Virus record (IMG/VR): IMGVR_UViG_3300021373_000005
Length of the DNA: 64,000 nt
From: a virus
Direction: 5' to 3' (one strand)
Of the stretch, positions 8,462 through 17,130 are shown piece after piece (positions within the stretch are counted from its first letter, which is position 1; the number at the start of each line of letters is the position of its first letter). Below the pieces are notes generated by a model that searched no databases, was not told the DNA's origin, and saw nothing but the letters and a program-made list of their open reading frames with translations. The position numbers were made by a program, and so were the translations under genes.

Positions 8462-9100
8462 ATGAGAAATGATTTAATAATAGACTTTGAAACAATGGGT
8501 CAAGACGTACATAATTGTGCTGTCATTGATATGTCAGTAATGGTATTTCAATGGGACAAGTTTACGTCTGACGATCCATACAATTTAGGCGATGTATTCA
8601 AGGTGAAGAAATTCAAATTGAATGTATCGGAGCAAGTCAAGAATTACAATTGGGTAGTTGATAAAGGTACATTGGACTTTTGGTCGCAGCAGGATTCTGA
8701 AGTAAGAAAGAATATTGCTCCTAAGAGTTCTGATTTATCTGTTGCTGATTTTGTAAAACAATTCACAGATTTTTTAATTGATAGCCCAAAGATTGATTTT
8801 TGGTGGTCAAGGTCTAATTCATTTGACCCAGTTATTCTGGAAAGATTATTTAAATCTCAGAATAAAGTAAATCATTTACAATCACACTTACAACATTGGA
8901 AAGTTAGAGATACAAGAACTTTTATTGATGCAAAGTTTGATTTTGGTTTGAAGAAGAATGGATTCCCTCCTTGTGCTAATGAAGATAAATGGGATTCTGT
9001 ATTTAAAGCACATGATTCAGCTTGGGATATATTGGCAGACGTAATGAGATTACAATCAATCACAAGAGCTGAAAATGATATGGAGCAAATCACAGTATGA
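8462..9100 (+). CDS. dexA: DexA 3'-5' exonuclease
   Basis: IIDFETMG, SFDPVIL, RDTRT, AHDSAWD..AD (DEDDh) match T4 DexA. Confidence 0.88.
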   Translation: MRNDLIIDFETMGQDVHNCAVIDMSVMVFQWDKFTSDDPYNLGDVFKVKKFKLNVSEQVKNYNWVVDKGTLDFWSQQDSEVRKNIAPKSSDLSVADFVKQFTDFLIDSPKIDFWWSRSNSFDPVILERLFKSQNKVNHLQSHLQHWKVRDTRTFIDAKFDFGLKKNGFPPCANEDKWDSVFKAHDSAWDILADVMRLQSITRAENDMEQITV

Positions 9101-9966
9101 AATTAGAAGTAAAAACAGAAGAACTACAAAAACAACGACTCTTTATTGGAACACCTATGTATGGTGGATCTTGTGCAGGATTATATACAAAGTCAACAAA
9201 TGATTTAAGTATGTTATGTTCATCGCATAAAATTCCAATGAAATACTATTTCTTATTTAACGAAAGTTTAGTACAAAGAGCTAGGAATTATATTGTTGAT
9301 GAATTCCTTCGTTCTGACTGTACTCATTTATTGTTTATAGATTCAGATATTGGATTTGACCCAAGAGATGCATTAGCATTACTTGCATTACAAATATCAG
9401 ACCCAGAGAAGTATGATATTGTATGCGGTCCATATCCAAAGAAAACAATTGCATGGGAAAAGGTTTCTGTAGCAGCACAGCAAGGTGTTGGAAAGGAAAA
9501 TCCTTTTGAACTTGAACAATATACATCAGATTTTGTCTTTAACCCTGTTGCGGATATAAGACAATTTAAACTCTCCGACCCTGTTGAAGTGGCAGAAGGT
9601 GGAACTGGGTTTATGTTAATTACAAGAGATGCTCTCGAAAGATATCGAGACACATATCCAGAGTTATCATATAAACCTGACCATGTTCGTACTGACAAGT
9701 TTGACGGTACTCGTGAGATTCATGCTTTCTTTGATTGTGTCATTGACCCAGAGTCAAAGAGGTACTTATCCGAGGATTACTTTTTCTGTAAGATGGCTCG
9801 TAAAGCAGGTCTTTCAGTTTGGATGTGTCCTTGGATGAAAATCAACCATGTTGGTTCTTATATCTTTAAGGGTGACATGGGTGCTCTAGGTCAACTAGGA
9901 GTTACTGCTACTGCAGATTCTAAATCTAATAAGAAAGCTTATAATCCTGTTGACAAGTCCAAGTAA
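9097..9966 (+). CDS. GT-A (GT2-like) glycosyltransferase
   Basis: IGTPMYGG, ESLVQRARN, LFIDSD (DxD), GTGFMLI, LSEDYFFC. Confidence 0.82.
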   Translation: MKLEVKTEELQKQRLFIGTPMYGGSCAGLYTKSTNDLSMLCSSHKIPMKYYFLFNESLVQRARNYIVDEFLRSDCTHLLFIDSDIGFDPRDALALLALQISDPEKYDIVCGPYPKKTIAWEKVSVAAQQGVGKENPFELEQYTSDFVFNPVADIRQFKLSDPVEVAEGGTGFMLITRDALERYRDTYPELSYKPDHVRTDKFDGTREIHAFFDCVIDPESKRYLSEDYFFCKMARKAGLSVWMCPWMKINHVGSYIFKGDMGALGQLGVTATADSKSNKKAYNPVDKSK

Positions 9967-9978
9967 ATGGTATATAAT
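9950..9978 (+). promoter_or_regulatory. sigma70-type promoter
   Basis: TTGACA-17 bp-TATAAT overlapping the end of the GT-A gene. Confidence 0.88.
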
Positions 9979-10013
9979 ATACCACAAATAATATCAATGG
10001 AGAAACTTATATT

Positions 10014-10676
10014 ATGAAATTTTCTAACGAAACTTTGACGGTCTTAAAAAGCTTTACTCAAATCAACAAGTCAATCTTGATGAAAGAAGGTAATGTTCTT
10101 AAGACTATCACTCCGGAGAAGACATTAATTGCTATCGCAGACATTCCTGATGAAATTCCATCAGATGCATGTGTATACGATCTTTCAAGATTTTTATCAA
10201 TTTTGTCTTTATATAATGACCCAGATGTAGAGTTTTTTGATAAATACTTTATTATCTCGGAAGGTAAGCGTAGAACGAAATATGTCTATGCAGATTTATC
10301 AATGATACATACACCACCTGAAAAGGATATTACTATTCCTTCAGCAGATGTTGTAGTTAATGTATCTAATGATGAATTAACTTCAGTGCTCAAAGCAGCA
10401 GGGGTATTACAATTTTCAGAGATTGCGTTTGTAGGCGAAGGCGGCAAATGCTATCTGAAAGCAATCGACAGTACGAACGAAGGCGCAGATGACTTTGGCG
10501 TTGAAATCGGGGATACTGCCGACGAGTTTAAAATTATTATTAAAACTGATAATTTAAAACTCATGCCTTTGGATTATGAGGTTACGCTTTGTTCAAAAGG
10601 TATCTCAGAATTTAAAGGTCAAGGTGTCACATATTATGTGGCTATAGATTCAAAGTCGACTTATAATAAAAGGTGA
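10014..10676 (+). CDS. 45: sliding clamp
   Basis: MKFS.ETL.VLK.F..IN.SI, YDL..FL, YYVA.D; located before the clamp loader. Confidence 0.93.
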   Translation: MKFSNETLTVLKSFTQINKSILMKEGNVLKTITPEKTLIAIADIPDEIPSDACVYDLSRFLSILSLYNDPDVEFFDKYFIISEGKRRTKYVYADLSMIHTPPEKDITIPSADVVVNVSNDELTSVLKAAGVLQFSEIAFVGEGGKCYLKAIDSTNEGADDFGVEIGDTADEFKIIIKTDNLKLMPLDYEVTLCSKGISEFKGQGVTYYVAIDSKSTYNKR

Positions 10677-10680
10677 AATT

Positions 10681-10968
10681 ATGAATGAACCAGTACAAGG
10701 TAACTTTGGTCAACAACAAGGCCAAGAACAAGAAGTGGTTATCAATCTTGGAGACCTATCAACTGTGTTGCAGATTATTGACGTAGTCTCTCAGCGTGGT
10801 GGATTCCAAGGACAGGAACTTGCTGGAATAGGAATGCTAAGAAATAAAATCGAAGCATTTTTAAGACAGAAAGGACCTCAGCAAGACGCAAGTCTTGGTG
10901 AACAGGATGCCAATGTTGATACATCAGTAACTGAAGGTGCTCCTTTAGCTGATAAAGTTGTTGAGTAA
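10681..10968 (+). CDS. conserved hypothetical protein
   Basis: IIDVVSQRGGFQG.EL..IG.LR.K core; lies between genes 45 and 44. Confidence 0.7.
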   Translation: MNEPVQGNFGQQQGQEQEVVINLGDLSTVLQIIDVVSQRGGFQGQELAGIGMLRNKIEAFLRQKGPQQDASLGEQDANVDTSVTEGAPLADKVVE

Positions 10969-10992
10969 TCAATAACTCATTTCTCGAGAAGT

Positions 10993-11020
10993 GAGGGTGG
11001 TCAAACGCCCTCAACTTTTT
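10993..11020 (+). terminator. hairpin with short U tract
   Basis: GAGGGTG-loop-CGCCCTC followed by AACTTTTT. Confidence 0.5.
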
Positions 11021-11052
11021 CTCAAATTTTTATATTATGTTTATGGTGAATT

Positions 11053-12006
11053 ATGATTGATGCAAAATCAAACGAAGTCTTATGGGTTGAGAAATATCGT
11101 CCGCAAGTAGTTGCTGATACTATTCTACCTGATAAGACAAAAGAAACATTCCGTAAGTTCGTATCAGACGGCAGTGTTCCAAATCTATTATTAACAGGCG
11201 GTCCTGGTGTAGGTAAAACTACAATCGCAAAGGCAATGCTTGAAGAACTTGGTTGCGATTATATCGTAAAGAATGGTTCTCTTAATGTTAATATTGATAC
11301 TCTCCGATACGATATCTCTACTTTCGCATCTGCTGTTTCTCTAACAGGTACAGGTCGTAAGTATGTAATTTTTGATGAAGCAGATTATCTGAACGCAGCA
11401 AATGTTCAGCCTGCTCTTCGTAACTTTATTGAAGAATATTCCTCTAACTGTGGATTTATCTTTACTTGTAATTTCAAGAATCGTATTATCAGTCCATTAC
11501 GTTCAAGACTATCTGAAGTTGACTTTTCAATTGATACCGAAGATCGTCCAATGATGGCAATGGCATTCTTCAAACGTGTTAAGGCAATTCTTGACCGAGA
11601 AGAAGTTCAATATGATCCTAAGGTAGTTGCTAAAGTAATTGAAAAACACTTCCCTGATTTCCGTCGTGTATTAACTGAACTACAATCATATGCAGCTTCA
11701 GGTAAAATTGACGAAGGTATCTTTGTTAATCTGAAACAAGAATCTATTGATGACCTATTTCGTTTATTAAAAGGTAAACAATTTACCGATATGCGTAAAT
11801 GGGTAGCAAAGAATTCTGACCAAGATATGAATGAAATGTTTCGTCGTATCTACGATATGTGTTCAGAAAAGGTAACTTTACAATCACAAGCTGGATTTAT
11901 AGTTACATTAGCTGATTATATGTACAAGTCAGGTTTAGTTGCTGACCAAGAAATTAATATGGTTGCATTCTTAACTGAGGTTATGATTGAATGTGAGTAT
12001 GTATAA
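11053..12006 (+). CDS. 44: clamp loader large subunit
   Basis: LWVEKYRP, GGPGVGKT (Walker A), IFDEAD (Walker B), FPDFRR. Confidence 0.95.
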   Translation: MIDAKSNEVLWVEKYRPQVVADTILPDKTKETFRKFVSDGSVPNLLLTGGPGVGKTTIAKAMLEELGCDYIVKNGSLNVNIDTLRYDISTFASAVSLTGTGRKYVIFDEADYLNAANVQPALRNFIEEYSSNCGFIFTCNFKNRIISPLRSRLSEVDFSIDTEDRPMMAMAFFKRVKAILDREEVQYDPKVVAKVIEKHFPDFRRVLTELQSYAASGKIDEGIFVNLKQESIDDLFRLLKGKQFTDMRKWVAKNSDQDMNEMFRRIYDMCSEKVTLQSQAGFIVTLADYMYKSGLVADQEINMVAFLTEVMIECEYV

Positions 12007-12188
12007 TGTTAAAGACAAGATGTTTTAACTGTAATACAACAACGACAAAAAAGAAAGCATATACTGTTGAAATGAATACTTCGGAAGGTAAGCATAAAGT
12101 TACTTTGTGTGAATCTTGTGGTAAAGACTTTGACATATTAGCAAAAGAGCTTCAGGAGGTACTTGATGAAAGACCTAACACCATTTGA
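12006..12188 (+). CDS. small zinc-ribbon protein
   Basis: CFNC...LCESC; translationally coupled between genes 44 and 62. Confidence 0.6.
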   Translation: MLKTRCFNCNTTTTKKKAYTVEMNTSEGKHKVTLCESCGKDFDILAKELQEVLDERPNTI

Positions 12189-12558
12189 TTTTATGAATGC
12201 TGCATCCTTTACAAAGGAAGATATTATTCGTAACTCAGATATACCTGAACATACTGAAAAGATGTACAACGCCTTTATCGTGAACCGTGGCTTCGTTAAT
12301 TTTGAAGATACGATATTACATGCAAACGAAATGAATATGCGACATCATTTATTTGATGGAGCTCAGTTTGATTATTATCGTTCTGTTCTAAGAAAGCGTA
12401 AAAGATTTTCCAAATGGCCTAAAGCCGAAAAGGATACAAATCTTGACGCAATCCAACAAGTATATCAATGTAATCGTACCGTAGCAAAACAATATCTTAA
12501 AGTTCTATCAAAAGAACAACTTGAAGTTGTCCATGAAAAATTAAATGAAGGTGGTTAA
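12166..12558 (+). CDS. 62: clamp loader small subunit
   Basis: PFDF, Y..FIVNRG, ANEMN, QFDYY..V.RKRKRFSKW. Confidence 0.9.
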   Translation: MKDLTPFDFMNAASFTKEDIIRNSDIPEHTEKMYNAFIVNRGFVNFEDTILHANEMNMRHHLFDGAQFDYYRSVLRKRKRFSKWPKAEKDTNLDAIQQVYQCNRTVAKQYLKVLSKEQLEVVHEKLNEGG

Positions 12559-12569
12559 GATATGATTTT

Positions 12570-12577
12570 TATAAATA
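12570..12577 (+). promoter_or_regulatory. T4 late-type promoter
   Basis: TATAAATA upstream of regA. Confidence 0.55.
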
Positions 12578-12635
12578 AATCTTATATGGTTATATACCAT
12601 GCCACTAAAAATAATTAATAAGGTGAATATAAATC

Positions 12636-13040
12636 ATGGACACAGATATTTTCAAAGGAGTTGGCGTAGAAGTCGAACTCCCCACACAAGATAGCTTCCT
12701 CAAGATTAAAGAAACATTGACTCGTATCGGTATATCGAGTCGCAAAGAAAAGAAACTTTATCAATCTTGTCACATCCTTCATAAGAAAGGAAGATATGCT
12801 ATCCTACATTTTAAAGAATTGTTTATTTTAGACGGTAAGCACAATACATTAACAGAAGAAGACATTTCACGTCGTAATACGATTGTGAACCTATTAGAAG
12901 AATGGGAACTTGTTAAGATTGTGGATCCTTCAAAATCAGCGGATCCAATTGCTTCTCTAAATCAAATAAAAATCATTTCATTTAAAGAAAAGAATGAATG
13001 GGATTTAACAGTTAAATATAATATTGGTAAAAAAGAATAG
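12636..13040 (+). CDS. regA: RegA translational repressor
   Basis: DSFLKIKETLTRIGI, LYQSCHILHK.G.Y.I.HFKELF, RRNTI..LL.EW. Confidence 0.95.
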   Translation: MDTDIFKGVGVEVELPTQDSFLKIKETLTRIGISSRKEKKLYQSCHILHKKGRYAILHFKELFILDGKHNTLTEEDISRRNTIVNLLEEWELVKIVDPSKSADPIASLNQIKIISFKEKNEWDLTVKYNIGKKE

Positions 13041-13078
13041 TTGACATTCTTATCAAACTAGTATATAATATATAAATA
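13041..13078 (+). promoter_or_regulatory. tandem sigma70 promoter and late promoter for hsp20
   Basis: TTGACA(13041)-17 bp-TATAAT(13064) followed immediately by TATAAATA(13071). Confidence 0.8.
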
Positions 13079-13165
13079 ATTTAGTAAGGTGCCGTAAGGG
13101 CTTTACAAAAGGTGATGGGTAATAACCATCGAATAATAATATCTAGCTTATTAAAGGAGATAAAA

Positions 13166-13615
13166 ATGACTGGATTAAATATAAATCAACTACACCCTTT
13201 TGCTGTAGGATTCGATAGAGTCTTCGACAGATTGGTGGAGTTCCCTCAAGTACATCAATCACAAGGCTTCCCGCCTTACAATATCAGAAGAGACGAAGAC
13301 AAGTTCTATATTGACCTTGCTTTGGCAGGACTTGATATTGATGATGTAGAAATCGAAGTAAAAGAAGATGTATTAACCATTCGTTCCACATGGGATGAAG
13401 CAGGTGATTACTTCAATGGCGGCGGTGAGTATGTTCACCGTGGTATTTCTTTCAAGAAGTTCAAAAGAAGCTTTACTCTTGCGGACGATATTGAAGTAAT
13501 TGACGCCAACTTCGCAAACGGTCTTTTAACTGTCTCATTGGAAAGAATTATTCCTGAGGCAAAGAAAGCACGTAAAATTAAGATTAAAACTGAGAAAGAA
13601 CTTCTCAAAGGTTAA
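13166..13615 (+). CDS. small heat-shock protein Hsp20 (IbpA-like)
   Basis: GFDR.F, FPPYNI, LAG, RGIS...F.RSF.LA, NGLL; AAGGAG RBS before ATG 13166. Confidence 0.93.
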   Translation: MTGLNINQLHPFAVGFDRVFDRLVEFPQVHQSQGFPPYNIRRDEDKFYIDLALAGLDIDDVEIEVKEDVLTIRSTWDEAGDYFNGGGEYVHRGISFKKFKRSFTLADDIEVIDANFANGLLTVSLERIIPEAKKARKIKIKTEKELLKG

Positions 13616-13628
13616 TCTATTTTAATCC

Positions 13629-13649
13629 GGGAGGTCGCAATGGCCTCCC
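13629..13649 (+). other. intergenic RNA hairpin without U tract
   Basis: GGGAGGTC-GCAAT-GGCCTCCC stem in the prx leader. Confidence 0.5.
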
Positions 13650-13669
13650 AACTAAAAGGAAACTATATT

Positions 13670-14179
13670 ATGAAACAAGTACCTAACGTTACTTTCAAAG
13701 TAAGAAGCAGAAATGTAGACACAGGTGATTTTGAATGGCAACATCCAACAACCAATGATTATTTTGGTGGTAAGAGAGTTGTAATGTTCTCATTACCTGG
13801 CGCATTTACACCAACCTGTTCTAATAATCAAGTACCAGGATTCGATGTCCTATATGACCAAATTATTGAAGCAGGTATTGATGAAGTATATTGCGTATCC
13901 TGTAATGATACATTCGTTATGAATGCATGGGCTGAAGATCTTAGAGTCAAGAATGTTAAATTCATTCCTGATGGATCTTGTGAATTTACAGCAGGTATGG
14001 AAATGTTAGTCGCAAAGGATAATCTTGGTTTCGGTAAAAGATCTTGGAGATATGCTGCTGTCGTAGAAGACGGTGTTGTTGAAAAGATGTTTGTTGAACC
14101 TGGATTTGAAGATGACTGTCCAACAGATCCTTATGGTGAATCTTCGCCTGAAACTGTTCTTGCTTATTTAAAACAATAA
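13670..14179 (+). CDS. peroxiredoxin (Prx5 type)
   Basis: SLPGAFTPTCS..QVPG, SCND.FVM.AW, RSWRYA. Confidence 0.93.
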   Translation: MKQVPNVTFKVRSRNVDTGDFEWQHPTTNDYFGGKRVVMFSLPGAFTPTCSNNQVPGFDVLYDQIIEAGIDEVYCVSCNDTFVMNAWAEDLRVKNVKFIPDGSCEFTAGMEMLVAKDNLGFGKRSWRYAAVVEDGVVEKMFVEPGFEDDCPTDPYGESSPETVLAYLKQ

Positions 14180-14234
14180 AAACAATCCTCGTTGGACAAC
14201 ACTGATAAAGTTGCACCCAGCTCGGCCGTTTTTA

Positions 14235-14259
14235 GGGGATCCTTCGGGGTCCCTTTTTT
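14235..14259. terminator. intrinsic terminator between convergent modules
   Basis: GGGGATCC-TTCG-GGGTCCCT stem (cUUCGg loop) followed by a T tract. Confidence 0.88.
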
Positions 14260-14261
14260 AT

Positions 14262-16223
14262 TTAACCACCGTTTGGATTCAATAGTGCGTCAATACCTGC
14301 GGCACTAAAGTTATATTTTGAATTTGTAGATTTATCTGAGCTATCAATATTTGTCTGTGAATCGCCTGCTTTGATAATTGTGATTGCTTGGTCTGGAGTA
14401 ATTGCTCCGGAACTGATTGCATCTAATGCTTGGTTCATTACTTCTTCACTAGCTTTAAAATCAATTTTACCATCACCGTCAACATCAGATCCTTCGTAAT
14501 CTTCAAACATTTTTCTGAAGTCTTCTAATCTATCTTCTCGTCTATCGCTTGAGTCTTCCCATATATCTTTAAAGCCTTCCCAGAAACCTTTTGGTGCAAG
14601 ATAAATGAAATTGTCTTCATCAGCACCTTCAGCAACTCTCTTATCACGCCTTGCTTCTAATTCTGCCATTACTCTTAATTGTTCTGCTAGGTTTGCATCT
14701 CGTTGTGCTTGCAGTTCAGCAATTCTTGTAGCATCTGTTATATCAATATATGTACCACCGCCCATTCCGTCAGGAACGAACTGTTGATATACTCCACTCT
14801 CTTGTTGCTTTTTTGCTCTCTCTAATATATTCTTTTGTTTGTTTAGTTGTTCTGCTAAGACTGTGTCTGTTTCTAATCTTACTTCTTGGATTTGTTGGTC
14901 AAGTTGACTTTGCCCATCAATCATCGGTTCACCAGTTTCAGGATTTAAACCAGCTTGTATTCTTAAAGCTTTAAGTGATGCATCTGATAGAGTAAAGGAT
15001 GCATCTTCCGCGTGTCTCTTTAACATTTCTAACGCTGCTAAACGATCCGCTTCTATTTCATCCATTTTTAATCGTTCTTCAATTTCAGCAACATCTACCT
15101 TTTCTTCAGTTGTTCTTTGCATTGCTTCAAAGACTAATTTACCTGCACCAACAGCGGCACCAATTGCGAGTCCGATTAAGGCTCCTTTTTTTCCAAAATA
15201 TGAACCAAGTGTTGCACCTGCTGCAGCATAACCAGTAATTGAAATTGCTGTACTCTTCGGTGTTTGGAAATTAGCACGTTCTGCTTTTAATACTTCGTCA
15301 TCAGTTAAGTTTTCATAAGCTACGCTCTCGGCAAGTTTTTCTGTGATTCCGGCAATTGCTATCCCAGCCAATGCAAGCATACCACCCTTTAATGCTTTTT
15401 GAGCGCTGAAGAATCCTGGAGCTGATTTAATTTGGCCCGGTGACATTTTTGCCAATGTAGTTGTTAGGGCGTTTGTTCTTAATGCCTCTCCAACAATGTT
15501 AACTGCTAAAGGTGCACCAAAGTCAACTAATAACCAACTTCCAAGTACAGCGGCAAAAGCAGACCATTTATTACTAAATAATAAATCAGAAAACGATTTG
15601 ATTGATTGTCCAAGACCTTCCCAGTCAATGTCTTCAATAAATTTAGACATTGCTCCACCAGTAAATGCGTCAACAACTCCTCTTATAACATTGAACCCAA
15701 TAAAACCAATCATTGCGCCTTTTATTACTTTGGTCAAGAAACTTACAGGGTTAGACACCAATTGTCCAGTTACTGTATTTTCTTTTAGATTTTTTATATT
15801 TTCATCGCCTTGCTTTTTCAGACGATCTTTCTTTTCCTGTTCTTGTTTCTCTTTTTCTTCTAATTCTTTTCTAGTTAATTCAGCATCATCAAGATCCGCT
15901 TGACGTCTCATTTGGTCTCTTAACTGTTCTAAGACTTCTGTTTGGTCTTCTTGACCTTCAAATGCTTCCCTTAAAGCAGCGGCTTGTCCTGCTGCACCAC
16001 CGACTGATATTGTACCTTCCGCGCCTTCTCCTCCAACCATCTGTCTCATCGAAGCGGATATATCTGCTAATACCTGATTCATAGCATTAAAGCTTTCTTG
16101 GAATTTCTCAAGCTTAATGTTAACAGTTTTTATTGAATTAGTTCTACCATCATTACGCAATAGTCTGCCCTGCTCCGTTAGAGCATCTATTATTGCTTGT
16201 GTATCTGCACTTAATTCAGCCAT
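14262..16223 (-). CDS. probable tape measure / gp29-like hub protein
   Basis: 653 aa, coiled-coil plus Gly/Ala-rich hydrophobic segments; immediately follows gp26/gp51. Confidence 0.55.
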   Translation of the reverse strand: MAELSADTQAIIDALTEQGRLLRNDGRTNSIKTVNIKLEKFQESFNAMNQVLADISASMRQMVGGEGAEGTISVGGAAGQAAALREAFEGQEDQTEVLEQLRDQMRRQADLDDAELTRKELEEKEKQEQEKKDRLKKQGDENIKNLKENTVTGQLVSNPVSFLTKVIKGAMIGFIGFNVIRGVVDAFTGGAMSKFIEDIDWEGLGQSIKSFSDLLFSNKWSAFAAVLGSWLLVDFGAPLAVNIVGEALRTNALTTTLAKMSPGQIKSAPGFFSAQKALKGGMLALAGIAIAGITEKLAESVAYENLTDDEVLKAERANFQTPKSTAISITGYAAAGATLGSYFGKKGALIGLAIGAAVGAGKLVFEAMQRTTEEKVDVAEIEERLKMDEIEADRLAALEMLKRHAEDASFTLSDASLKALRIQAGLNPETGEPMIDGQSQLDQQIQEVRLETDTVLAEQLNKQKNILERAKKQQESGVYQQFVPDGMGGGTYIDITDATRIAELQAQRDANLAEQLRVMAELEARRDKRVAEGADEDNFIYLAPKGFWEGFKDIWEDSSDRREDRLEDFRKMFEDYEGSDVDGDGKIDFKASEEVMNQALDAISSGAITPDQAITIIKAGDSQTNIDSSDKSTNSKYNFSAAGIDALLNPNGG

Positions 16224-16235
16224 TTCTTATTCCTG

Positions 16236-16418
16236 TTAACCTCTGTTATTTTCCCGTGCTTCTTTTTGCTTTTCCAAAAACTCTAATAGCATTTGAAAAT
16301 ATAAATCTCTTTCCCAAGGCATCATACCTTCTATATCACTCAAACTCCATTTATGGTGTTGAGTTAAACCGAATATAATTTGATAATAATGCCCTAGACT
16401 TATATGACTAAGGCCTAG
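16236..16418 (-). CDS. 51: gp51-like baseplate hub assembly chaperone, with no start codon (missed by ORF track)
   Basis: LGLSHISLGHYYQIIFGLTQHHKWSLSDIEGMMPWERDLYFQMLLEFLEKQKEARENNRG*; lies in the -1 frame relative to the gp26 end. Confidence 0.85.
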   Translation of the reverse strand, partial: LGLSHISLGHYYQIIFGLTQHHKWSLSDIEGMMPWERDLYFQMLLEFLEKQKEARENNRG

Positions 16419-17116
16419 GTAAAAAAAGTACGAATGCCCTCTACGACAAACGTCTTATCATCTCCATTACTATTTGTATATTTCAGTTCTTGTTTTAATT
16501 TTGGCATTGTTTCAAAAAATCTTGTGATCTTTTTAATTACGTCTCCAGACATATTATCCATAAAGTCAGCAATCTCTTGTTCACTATGTTCTTTAAATGA
16601 AATTACTTCATCTTCAGTTGCGATCTTATCTAAACATGCAACCATAATTGTATAATTCAATAATGGGTCGTTTGGACTCATCTCAAGAATACCAGCAAAG
16701 TCATCAATAGATGGGTAATTCAAAAATAAAACTAAGTCATCATTAATTTGAATTTCCTTAGAGTGTTCTGGGTCATGAATTACTTCCATTGTTTCAACAT
16801 CAAAATCAAGTTTAACTTGTTCCTTTGTGTCAGGATCTGTAATCATAAATTCTGTCATATTACTTACAGAGCTTGCTCTTAATTTTAAAAAGACATATTC
16901 TAAATCTATCATTGAGATGTTAGATACATCAACATCAAATAAGCAATTACCTACAACTTGCTTAATTGCCATCATTTCAGCATAAGGGTCTTTAGTCTCT
17001 GCTGCTACTAATAAAATCTTTTCTTCTTTAACCGTAAACGGTCTATATTTAATCTTCTCACCTGAGCTGGGTAATGCCAACTCATTCAAAGGTAAATCAA
17101 TTTTTGGTAATGCCAT
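16415..17116 (-). CDS. 26: baseplate hub assembly chaperone gp26
   Basis: MALPKI..P...L.LPS.G.KIKYRPFTVKEEKILL, F..MPKL, EGI..FF. Confidence 0.9.
   Translation of the reverse strand: MALPKIDLPLNELALPSSGEKIKYRPFTVKEEKILLVAAETKDPYAEMMAIKQVVGNCLFDVDVSNISMIDLEYVFLKLRASSVSNMTEFMITDPDTKEQVKLDFDVETMEVIHDPEHSKEIQINDDLVLFLNYPSIDDFAGILEMSPNDPLLNYTIMVACLDKIATEDEVISFKEHSEQEIADFMDNMSGDVIKKITRFFETMPKLKQELKYTNSNGDDKTFVVEGIRTFFT
16421..16427 (-). other. slippery heptamer U_UUU_UUU, predicted -1 frameshift site
   Basis: gp26 ends ACT TTT TTT ACC TAG; the -1 frame continues into gp51. Confidence 0.7.
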
Positions 17117-17130
17117 AATATATCTCCTAT

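Noticed and set aside
14180-14234. Possible small ncRNA or tRNA fragment between prx and the terminator
   Set aside because: Too short, with no convincing cloverleaf or stable stems
14446-14500. EF-hand-like DVDGDGKIDF in the probable tape measure protein
   Set aside because: It is a single loop lacking the position-12 Glu and a partner EF-hand, so it is likely incidental
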